The translations under genes and the position numbers were made by a program. From Paraglomus brasilianum (lineage: Eukaryota): a DNA stretch of 32,234 bases. Shown here piece after piece: positions 1 to 15,199 of this stretch. The notes under the pieces were generated by a model. It was not told the DNA's origin and made no database searches. It was given only the letters and a program-made list of their open reading frames with translations. Location of the stretch: the NCBI GenBank assembly GCA_910592345.1, contig CAJVPI010000380.1, positions 1-32,234 on the forward strand, read 5' to 3'. The first letter of the stretch is position 1; each line of letters opens with the position of its first letter.

Positions 1-988
1 GTGAATAACTCGCTTTTCATCTGCAAATCTTTTCTTAACTGCATATCCAAGCTCAATAACAGTTCCATTTGATCGGGTTATGGTCTGAAATTCTGGCAAA
101 TCTCTTGGTGGGCACAAATTCACTATAATAGGTAATATCCGACCTAAATATAAATAACCATTGACTGAATTAGTATTCTGCAATAACAATTTAAAGCTCA
201 TAAAAGCACTTACAAATATTCCGAAGAAAATTCATAATGCGAATTCTATCTGACAAATGGCTTAAATTAAATTCTGCTATCCGTTCAGAATAAACACTCG
301 ATTTTCTTTTCTTGTTCAACATATTTTCTGCCTTATGCAATGTAACAAATGTGACTAGCACACCAATAGCATAGTATGCAAAAATGTATGGAGTATCTCC
401 ATAGGTCCAGTCCTTGAATTTATCAACTAATTCTCGTGATGGGTCTCCTGCATCTTCTTGGGACTTTTCTTCACCTCGTAGGGGACAAACATTTCTCACT
501 AAGACAACCATGTCTGGACAATTGCTGCCTATGAAATTTTTTTGTTAACATCTACTGTATATCATACTGTAACTGTTCAATCTCTACCATTAACTTACCT
601 GTTGAAGTCCGTTTGCTAGTATTACAATCAAATTCCAATACTGACATACTAAAACTATGCATTCCAAATGTCTCTATTGTATTTTTAATAATGCTGTCCC
701 ACAAACAATGATATGAGTCTTCAGTATTTCCATATGAAGGAGGATAAATTAACTGTCCTAAAAGTCTTGAGTAAAGTGATGTACATTCTGCCTCCATACT
801 TAATATAAAGTATGTGTCTCGTTCTTCTTCAGTTATGCCACCCAAACTAGTATTAAATTGTGAAAAATGAACAGGGGCAAGTGGTATTCTTATTGGAGGA
901 TTTTCATTAAGGAAATTTGGTAAGTCAGACTTGTTGGGAAGTCGGTTGGGAGTTTGAACTAATTTTTTTACTATTTCAGCAGAAATAT
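1..988 (-). CDS. Crinkler (CRN)-like effector, PD-(D/E)xK REase-like region, probably followed by a kinase domain; multi-exon, continues past the left edge
   Basis: Splicing at GT-AG introns (~598-529 and ~213-144) gives an uninterrupted frame: DISAEIVKKLVQ...GNTEDSYHCLWDSIIKNTIE...NTSKRTSTG|SNCPDMVVLVRNVCPLRGEEK...DPSRELVDKFKDWTYGDTPYIFAYYAIG...RIRIMNFLRNI|CRILPIIVNLCPP...KKRFADEKRVIH. These motifs resemble the fungal/oomycete CRN REase-kinase family. Confidence 0.7.
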
Positions 989-2330
989 CTAAGATAGTAA
1001 ATATAATAGAGATATCAGAATAAAGAAAGTGAAGATGAAGTAAACTATAAGTAGCAAATCTCGTGCTTACCGTTTATCGCCTTTTCTGGAAATACGAGCC
1101 AGATTGAATATACATGTATTAGTAATGAATGCAGAGTAACATTCTAATTTTACAAAAGGGAAGAGAACAAGATGTAAATTCGTCAAACCAAACCCTCATT
1201 TGCAGCTATGAAGGGCAGCATATTAAAACCTTGATGCACTCTCCATCTATCACGTTAATAAACGTAGTTGAGGTGGTTACATCATGTAAAGGCAGCAGTT
1301 TACCATCATTCCCTTCCCTCTCCCCCACATACATGCTATAAGTAAAGAGTCAACTCTAGCTATAATAGGTCTTCTCAACAATCACATTACTATGTACTTC
1401 TATGTCCACTCTACCCTATGTATAAAGGAAACGTCGAGGAATGTTGGATAAAGGAGGCGTTAGTCAACGCCGCACGGGATACCAAATGTTGATTCAAGTG
1501 GATAGATGCATAAAAGAACAATGCCGGTGGATAAACGATAGGGACATGGTGCGACATGGATGGTAAAGATGTAAAAATTAAAGTTATGCATCAACAGATA
1601 CTAACAAGGAGCATACTTTAGAAATAGGTGCGCGGTTAAGCAATTGAAATGATATTGATAAGTGATGAAAGGGTTGCGATAAACGGGAGAGAGAAGGTAT
1701 GACAACCCAGTAACATTATTGGCCGTGACACTGCCTTCATGCACTTAGCTTAGCTGTCCCACTCACAAAGTCATTACCTACCTTGAGCAGCTACTAATGG
1801 TTGTTTGCAAGCAAGACACAGATGGGATGATGGATGGTTGGATGGGGAATAAAGAAGAGACAGTAGAAGATGAATAGAGATGAATAGATAAGAGATAATG
1901 TGGAATACACAATATGAGCATTACAAATGAAAGTCAACCCCAATAATTCATAAGAGAGAACCCCATACTACTAAGTCTCCTATACCCTATCTACTGCGCT
2001 CTATTCTACGTCCTGATGAAATATAAGAGACAAAATAGAATACAAGTACTCTACTCTACCCTACGTACACACTACTCTATGTCCCCGACGCCCGAGTCAC
2101 AAAGTGCAAAAGAGATGGGTATCCCTATACACGCGTATGCCTTCGAATAATTTTGCCTATCTACTCCAGCTACAATAACACTCTCGCAATAAAACTATAT
2201 TACAACCCACATCACCACATCTACTCTTATGTAAATTTTATTGGGGATTTGCTCTATGTAAAACTACTGATATCAGACCCCCCAATGAATGCAAACAAAG
2301 CAAGAAAAGCGTTTAGTCGCTCCATAATAC

Positions 2331-2553
2331 CTGTGGAGGGCTTTAAAAACCCTTGTTCGTCTAATCCCTTCACGACCATTGCAGGTACTTTCCATTCTTT
2401 CAAGTCCTCGACAGTGAATTTCTTACAGTCGCCAAGAGTAGTAATCCACTGATCAATGAATATCTTGGTAACCGCCGTCGCCTGATCCTGTCTCGTTTTC
2501 CCCTCGTCAACAAAGCTGTTCAAGAAATTGGCAATGGGTGTATTGTCGTCCAT
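2331..2553 (-). CDS. SAM-like domain exon, probable first exon of the Crinkler-like gene (via 15-nt micro-exon 1085-1071)
   Basis: MDDNTPIANFLNSF...VTKIFIDQWITTLGDCKKFTVEDLKEWKVPAMVVKGL fits a SAM pattern. It ends at donor ACAG|GTATT (phase 1), which is phase-compatible with micro-exon CAG|AAAAGGCGATAAACG|GTAAG and with the exon starting at 988. Confidence 0.55.
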
Positions 2554-3975
2554 ATTTAAACGCAGAGCTGAACGTGAAGCGCAAGAGATCACAACGGTAA
2601 AAAAATTGTTTTCGTCCAAGGCTTAATCAATGACGTATAATTGGGAACTTTCTAGATTTTTTAACATTAAAACAATATCATCAGCTGAAAGTGTGCATCT
2701 TAGTGTAACATGTTTGTCCATTTCTGTATATCAACCGCTTTATTTAGACATTTTCATAACGATAATGTTTTTGGTGACTTTTCTGTTAATGATCGACGGG
2801 ACGTTTTTCATATTAATATTATTTTAACATTAATAAGAACGAAACGATCCACGTGTAATGCTTAATTTCTTTTCCAGGACTGCTTGACCCTTTATGGACG
2901 ATTTTTAACATTAATATGGTGTAGGACATCTATAGCGCGAAATAAAATAACCCAACTTTCAAAACCCTAAGGCTTTTATATTAGAGGGTTTAGAGAAAAC
3001 TAATCCGTAAGAATGATAGAGCAAAATAAAAGTTACGGTTTAAAATTTTTAATCAACTAGAAAAGTTTCGAGTTTTAGGATGCCTGTTTGTGCAACTTTT
3101 GTGTACCATTCCGTTATCCAATAAAGCGCATTTATTGTTCTAGTGTTATTATTGGTAACATTCTTTATTGTTTTACCACGGAGTTACAAGGTAAGTTAGC
3201 GGAATACATAGGCAGACTCGATAAGTCGGTCCCGGATGGCTGGCTGGCCTGGTAGACCGACTTATCGAGAGAAACCGACTTATCGAATCCACGTGACTAA
3301 TTTAGTAAAAATTTATTTTTATTAAGCGAATCGTTAGATAGAAAAACCATTATTCTAAATAAAGATCCATGCTCGTTTGTATCGAAGAATCCGTTCGCTT
3401 CTTCACAATTTCCCATTTTAAGTCTCTTAACCCTGAAACCAATAAACTGTTTACTTTTATATCGTTATTCTGCTGCAAATAGTTATATAAATTTTGAGTG
3501 CTTTCTAAAGCCACTTTGTTAGATACCGTAAAAACCTCATTTTTGTCGTCATCTTGCTCTCATGACGTAATAATCAACGACCATTTGGATTGTACGATTT
3601 CATCTTATATCTCAATGTCATTATCTGGTGGTTCGTAGTTAATGACTTCCGACTCGTCAGGCAGAATATCAGTTCTCTCCCAGCACCTATATATTACATC
3701 TTCTGTCACATTTCTCCACGATTCTGAAGTAGGAATCTCAGTTCCATATTGATATTCCTGAAATCGATCAAATGCATCTATCCTATCTTTACACAAGTAT
3801 TTTATATTAGTGTTATTAGTTGGATAAGTCGGTTTTCACGTGTCAATTTATAAGTTTCTTCAATTTAATTGGTGGACCATGATTAATTGTCCAATACAAT
3901 ACTTACCTATTGGCTACACAAATGCTTATAATTGGCAATGTTATAACAAAAGACACCAAAAGCTAAACATGCATT

Positions 3976-4100
3976 TAGATCATGCGATTAAAGCACTAGC
4001 CATGTCATTAGATCATATGATTAAAGCAGTAAACATATCGTTAGAAACGATGACATACACTAGACATGTCATTAGATCATACGATTAAAGCAGTAAACAT
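3976..4100. repeat. Degenerate tandem repeat, ~31-33 bp unit, ~4 copies
   Basis: TTAGATCATRYGATTAAAGCA occurs three times, with a diverged intervening unit; lies inside the family A transposon. Confidence 0.75.
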
Positions 4101-4282
4101 ATTGCTATAATAATACGATAGACATGCACTATTTGCTATATAAATAAAGGTAATTGATATCCCTCTGTCTTCGTTGACATCGTCAGATAAGAAGAAAACA
4201 AGTCGATTCTCTAAGACAAGCTAATATGCAAGATTATTTTAGTGTATTATTAATAAACGGTTTAATTACAGAATTAAATGTA

Positions 4283-4608
4283 CAGCCAACCCTCGGAAAA
4301 CCGATGTGGCTGTCCTCACCATTTTCTATCGGTTTTGCGAGGTTTTTGCTTCTTATTGGCTAATGCGAAATCTTTATATGTAGAATTGATAACGTGATCA
4401 TTGGTTGACCAATGAAATTGCAAGGATCAGGTTACGTAATTTGTATTACTATTACATTATCGGGTTTGCGAGGTCTATTACTATATATTAATATGTAACA
4501 TCGGTTTTACGAGGGGTTTATCATATATAAATTGCACGGGAATTGAAAAAAGTATCGGTTTTGCGAGGTATCGGTTTTTAGCGGTATCGGGTTTCCGAGG
4601 TTTGACTG
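4283..4608. mobile_element. pogo-like MITE (family B) nested in the family A element
   Basis: TA|CAGCCAACCCTCGGAAAACCGAT ... ATCGGGTTTCCGAGGTTTGACTG|TA (20/23 inverted match, TA duplication); multiple internal ATCGGTTTTGCGAGG-like repeats. Confidence 0.85.
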
Positions 4609-5885
4609 TATATCTTCGATCACGTGGTTTTCGATAAGTCGGCCATTTGAGGCGGGATACTGTTGGCCGACTTATTGAGACTGACTGTGTATGTGCTGTT
4701 CAATCTGCAACATTAATTCCCGCTCTTACACAGGGACAATTTTGACCCGGAATTTGAAGTATCGTGGACAAAGTGTTGCAATTTTCAAAATAAAGCTGAG
4801 TTCATAATCGGGAATTTACCTGCCGTGTCGCATAACGTGCAGGCTCAAATATTATACCTTCAGATGGCTTCTCCTCCATAAATAGAAATATTATGGATTG
4901 TACGATGTGTCGTATTGTGCGACCATGCCGGATAATGCTGATTCAAAGAATTTTATTGGGTGATCTGCAGGGTCCTCGCACCATATTAATATACACTACC
5001 ACGACTCACCGCCTCGATTTCGAAAAATTTCCCGTCACTATAATCTCGTTCTATACTCATTGTAGAGGAAGTAAAGAAGGGGTTGGCTTTAAGAGAAATG
5101 GCGATAGACATAGGTAAATCGGTGGATAAATAATCGTTCACTGCTTTCTTTTGTCTCGACTGGTAGACGGGCGCGGATTTGGATCGGGCACGGGTAGTTA
5201 AGCGCTTGCAAACATTATCGATGAGGCAATTGATGAAGCATTAACTGCTAGGTATGATTGTTATTTTTTTTTTTAACTAATTTTAAGGGACAAGATAATT
5301 AACCAAATATAGGATCAACCACAAATCAGCGAAGTTCGTCTTTGTCGTTTCGAATTTACGACAAACAATAATAATATGTGCATAGAATTTTTCAAAATCC
5401 ACGTGGAACCGTTTTTTAACCTGGCTAGGAAACTGGTTGTATCCCAGTGGTTCAGTCAGAACTTATTGAGTCAATAACTTAGTAAGTACTTACGCACCAT
5501 TATGGTTCTAGCCGGCCATTCACCTCACTTTTTCTTCGACAGTTTTAAATAGGAAACTCGATAGCAAACTTTATCAAACGTTTTATTATTTTTATTGTTA
5601 AAATTATTACGCATATCCTTGCATATATAACCCGTTAGCAGACATCTTCTTAGCAAACATTTAGTCGAAAATTTATACGTATATGTACCGTATTTGTTAA
5701 TTTTATTTATTTTTAATTCTTTTCCGACTTTTTTTTACCAATTGTCTAAAACTACGTTTCTCAGATAGATAATATGCCATTACGTAATGCCGCTGTCGTT
5801 TAGCTGGTTCTATAACGTTAATTTGTACGTCAGCTCTGACCAAATGTATTTTCAATTTCTCAAAACTTAACTTGCTGACGTAAAA

Positions 5886-6030
5886 GTCTGGCTAGCTTAA
5901 GTGGCTAAAGCGCCAGGCGATCTTTACGTACGAGACCGTCAGTTCAATCCTATAGTGTTGAGGTGAACGAATTTTGGAAACCCGTAACTAAAGATCCTTG
6001 GAGATACGAGTTCAAATCTCGTGCCAGACA
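5886..6030 (+). ncRNA. tRNA-like Pol III gene with a 79-nt hairpin in place of the anticodon loop (atypical intron-containing tRNA, pseudo-tRNA or tRNA-derived ncRNA)
   Basis: Acceptor GTCTGGC/GCCAGAC plus discriminator A; D-stem GCTT/AAGC with GG in the loop; anticodon stem CCAGG/CTTGG; variable loop AGAT; T-arm ACGAG-TTCAAAT-CTCGT; A-box TAGCTTAAGTGG; B-box GAGTTCAAATC; T5 run just downstream. No canonical anticodon can be assigned. Confidence 0.8.
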
Positions 6031-6177
6031 AATATTTTTGTTTAAGGTAGATGCATATTAAGAACAAAGAATTCTGCTTTACAAGATGCTTTACATATTT
6101 AATTAAATTAATATTTGTATTATAAACTTTATTTAACCCACGAAATAAGCACTGAAATTTTACGCGTATGGGTACAT

Positions 6178-6287
6178 GGGTAAACTCGATAAGTCGGACA
6201 CGACTGGCTGGGAATGGCTGTCCGACTTATCGAGAGAATTTTAAAGAAAATGGCAGAGAGATTTTGTTCGACTTATCGAGTTTACGG
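6178..6287. mobile_element. ~110-bp mini-MITE related to family A
   Basis: GTAAACTCGATAAGTCG ... CGACTTATCGAGTTTAC inverted ends with a TA after the right end; shares CTCGATAAGTCGG..TGGCTGG..CCGACTTATCGAGAGAA with the left end of the 3207 element. Confidence 0.75.
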
Positions 6288-8295
6288 TAAAAGTAATTCT
6301 TGGTATGTATAGAGAGCCAGATTCTATCCAACATTTCTCTGCCCAAACTGTTCAGCAGCTGTCTAATTATTGGTTTCCAAAATTTAATTTGTTGATCTCA
6401 TTACTTTAATGATAGTACACAGTCAACATCGATAAGCCAGCCAAATATACAAATATTGTTTTTATTATCATCTCGAGTCTTTTTAATGGTAGTAATGGCA
6501 TAACGTCAATTCTCTAACATTGAATCAATGTTGATATAATTTATTGAGTAACCGGCTGCGTCTATATTTAATTGAATAATTGTAAAACTTTCCGTGCGAG
6601 CCAATAAGTAATTAAAATATGTGCAAGTAAATTATCAAACCGCGAAAAAAATTTACTATTTGGGTAATGTCTATTTGTTGTATTTGTTTACGAGCTACAG
6701 ACACTAACTTTTTTGAAAAAGAAAAAATTCCAGTCATTAAAGAAAATACTTGGACGCAAAGTCGTAATCGTAATATTTCTGCCTATTGCGAGATTTGCAA
6801 TGTGCTTAACAAATATTCAATTAGCTAGAGTTCTATCGTTTATATAATTATATTTTAGTCAATTGTTCAACTACGAGAAATTATATATAAAAGGACCGTC
6901 GTTCGTGATTAAGCTCAAGCCTTAATGTAAATAAGTTTTAACTTTGAGTGTTGCGCTGATAAGTGATTTGTATTGTTAGCGTGTTGACGCTATTGAACAA
7001 TTATTTGTTGAGGTGTCAAAACGGCCGATACTGTTCTGTGTAAAGATTCGCCTGCTATTATATTGTATAATAAAAGGTGGGTTTCCGATAGATGTACAAA
7101 TATAATATTTCCAAACTATATTGTTTAAGATAAAGACGTCCTCAAGTTGAAAATTCTCTATTGAAAGGTGCCATGTTCAGCAAATATCACTTCTACGTAT
7201 CAATTACAAACCAGTCTCTCCGTCAGCCTAAAACAATTCCTCAATAATAGCCAGCAAATATAGTACTTCTTCACAATATAAAATTTTGATCCCATGTATA
7301 GTATGATGGAAACATGAAAACGATAGCAGGTAAATGTGAAAAGTAATCTATTATGAATTCCCGTATCAACAATAAATTTTGTAATGTTTAATACATGAAC
7401 GTTGTTAATACTAAAGTGTAGCAGTAAAGGATTAATTCTGCCTACATAATCGTTGCTGAGAAGCTTCTTTAGCATTAATATAGTGTTGGCTTTGAGAAAT
7501 AATTGACATGATGTATCCAATACTAAATCATAAGGCATTTATGTTTTCGCGGCATCCACATTTATCGGCAATTCAATTTATGTTTGACGCTTTGACATGT
7601 ATAGGATCTTCAATATCCCGCTGCAATCAATACTAACGTAGGGGAATTCCAGTTTGTTATTTTGCAAAGAAAGACGGAATTTGAAACACAAAAATAATGG
7701 GAAACGAAACATCCAAATAGCACGCGTTTTTATGCCAATTTTTATTGTGCAATGTAGTGAACACAAATATTTAAGACCGAGATCCGTTCTAAAACTCTTG
7801 ATCAGCTGAATCCGATTCCCATTCTTGGTCTTGAAAAAGTTATAGTGTCAAACTTTAAGACGTGAGTGATTTCCTGTTGTCCCTTTTTCATATTAATATT
7901 TTATTCAGTATCTCGATTACACAAAATAACAATAATGAATGCCAAATGGTGACTAGTAAAAAAGTCACTTCATGTTTTGGCCGTACGGGATGGTTTCTGT
8001 AGTATTAGCATTAAAATTTCTTCTAACATGAAATAGTCTAGTCTTTTACCAGCTTTGCATTTGCGTATAATAATTTTATCTAACCGGATTTGGCGTTTCC
8101 AGTATGCTTTTTGTAATGCAAGCTACGTATTCTGAGCATTACAATCATCAAAACGCGTCATACTTCGATTAATGTCTGGGCGGGACTGATTTGATTACAG
8201 GGTAAGGAAAAAAAAATCTGTGGTACTTGACAATTGCGATCCCCGAAATGTACTTGTGGCTTCAATTTTTAGTTTCGTCCACATTTTTGATAAGT

Positions 8296-13145
<4,850 letters not shown>

Positions 13146-13547
13146 TACAATTTAAGACTGTAAATGAGATATGACATTGTCGTCCCGAATAGGCTGACAA
13201 TGAATTCAATCAAGTAAGCATACAGTTTATTTCCTTCTTACTATCATCATTTTGCTCCTAACAGCTTCAGTAAAACAAAAAACGAAAAAAAAAATAAAAT
13301 TTTTTTAATAGTAGGAATGGAAGTCTGTTTCAGTTACAATTTCGATTGTATTTATTAGATCAGTTAGTTACAGATTGCAGAAAAAATATAGTGAAAATGC
13401 TAAATATCACACGTAAACTAAGTCAACACTGAATTGTTCAGAATGGCGGAATAGTCCATCATCCGTAAGTAACTATTCCTCACAAGATATTTTTACAATA
13501 GCCTAATGTTCTCAATATTTCGCTTGGTTCACGTGTTGAAGACCTCG

Positions 13548-15199
13548 TTAGGCAACTTTCAGAATACCTGCATTTATGAGTTTACGAATATTGGCCGCTA
13601 CCATGGGATTCTTCATGTGACTATTTCGAAAATAAAAGTAAGTACATGGTATTCAACAGTAAGTGAGAAAAGGAATCATACGTACTCTCGGGCTGCTTGT
13701 GGATCGTCTTGCATCTGCTGTAGAATTGAAGACATGGCAGGATCTTGAAGAATTTTCTGTAACAAACAAAGAGTTTAGATAGAAACTTTAGAAATGAAGT
13801 ACGGTGAAACCTCTTTATACCGGTTTCTGTTATAACGGCCCTAATTTTCAGGAACGGTTCTTTAATTATGACCATGTGGGTACTACTACTCTATATACCG
13901 GTTTTCCTTATACTGGCCGGCCAGTATAAAGAGGTTTCACTGTAAAATAAAAAATAAACACTTTCATGAAACGCACTTGTATTTCGGGATCTTGAGCTGC
14001 TCTTTGTATCCTTTCAGCCACGTTCTCATCTTGACCTCTAGCATTGTAACATTTTGCGATCTGCTGGTTTATTTCATTCGCGTGCTTTCCGTCTTTATCT
14101 TGTTTCAGAGCTTCTTCACAGGTAGATAAACATTTTGTATAATCCTTCATTGCAAATTCTACAACGGCCTTACGTATATAGGCCTTGACTGTTGTTTGAC
14201 GAAAATGTTAACTCGTTTTGTATGAAGATTCAATAGTAAAAAAGAATCGTTATGAAATTGTATTTCAAAAGCTTACCAAACGTAGGATCTACCTGTATGC
14301 AAGTTTCGCAATCTTTCAGAGCCTCTTGCAAAGCCATGAGTTTAGTGTAGCATGCGGCACGATTACTGTATGCCCGTGGATCTTTGTCATTACGCTTTAT
14401 GGCTTCGGTATACTTTTGCACTGCATTAACAAAATCGTTCTTCTTGAACAGCTCATTTCCCTCTTCACGCGCCTTGTCGGCGAGCTCCGGATTGTAGTAA
14501 GCTTCTTTCTCAAGAGCCGCTTTTTCTTTCTGCGCCTGTGTTGGATGGGGAAACACATCCATCAGTCACTGTAACGTCGCGGTAGTTCAGATGTTTCATC
14601 TCTTTCTACTATCAAGTAAATAAACAGCATGGTTTACTAACTTCTTGCAGCTTTTTAAGAACGTCGGGAGTACGATGTTCGGTGAGAGACTTGTTGTAGT
14701 TTTTGATTGCCTCTTCATGATTCTTTAATTTTATATACGCATTCCCTTTTCGAGCGTACGCGCTGGTGATTGTAAAGGTCAGAAACTTGGTAATCGAGTT
14801 GAGGCAAAATAATTATCAATATGATAGTAAATAACCTACCGGGCTATCAATTTGAAGTCAGCTCGGTGTTCACGTCCAACTTCAATTGCTTCATCGCACA
14901 CTTTAATGCATTCTTCACATTTATTTTGCTCTAATAAGACGGCTGTGCAGATGATCATAAATCTGATCGTCAGCACGATACTAACATACTTGATCCGCTT
15001 CATTTTCAGATATCTTATATTTACCAGCTTTGTTAGTAAGTATCGTCACGTTTGTTGAGTCCAACTCCCAGGCTTTGTCGTAATGCTGCAATGCTTCATC
15101 AAACTTTCGTTTCTTGTAGGCTTCATCACCGAGGGATTTAGCCTTTATAGCCTCCTCCTTTCTTGAATTATCGTCGGTATGCTCTGCTGGGTCTTGCAT
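13548..15199 (-). CDS. STI1: STI1/HOP Hsp70-Hsp90 co-chaperone homologue (TPR2A-TPR2B-DP2 only), multi-exon
   Basis: [27 protein letters not shown] (TPR2A), [44 protein letters not shown] (TPR2B), [47 protein letters not shown] (DP2). The 5' end is uncertain. Confidence 0.9.
13802..13942. mobile_element. 141-bp pogo-like MITE (family C) in an STI1 intron
   Basis: TA|CGGTGAAACCTCTTTATACCGG ... CCAGTATAAAGAGGTTTCACTG|TA (20/22 inverted); contains the perfect 22-bp palindrome TTATACTGGCCGGCCAGTATAA (13908-13929). Confidence 0.9.

Larger units (their letters stand above)
3207..4689 (-). mobile_element. Defective pogo/Tigger-like DNA transposon (family A) with transposase C-terminal remnant
   Basis: TA-flanked imperfect TIRs: TACATAGGCAGACTCGATAAGTCGG vs reverse complement of the right end TACACAGTCAGTCTCAATAAGTCGG (21/25). 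Subterminal CCGACTTATCGA..CCACGTGA inverted copies are present. Minus-strand remnants SWRNVTEDVIYRCWERTDILP (3605-3796) and ...QTSMDLYLE* (3350-3379) are typical of DDE_1 pogo transposase ends. Confidence 0.8.

Noticed and set aside
4328..4600. Recurring ATCGGTTTTGCGAGG motif as a CRISPR-like array
   Set aside because: Spacing is irregular, the repeat is short, the context is eukaryotic, and it is explained as subterminal repeats of a MITE.
5060..5385. Exon-like pieces including IIDEAIDEALTA (GyrB-like look)
   Set aside because: In-frame stops and no other supporting motifs; at most an unidentifiable pseudogene fragment.
5886..6030. Assignment as tRNA-Sec, tRNA-Phe/Tyr or tmRNA
   Set aside because: There is no long variable arm or UCA anticodon (Sec). 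CTAAAGA on the 3' side lacks a matching 5' stem (Phe/Tyr). It has a full D-stem and no G3:U70 (tmRNA).
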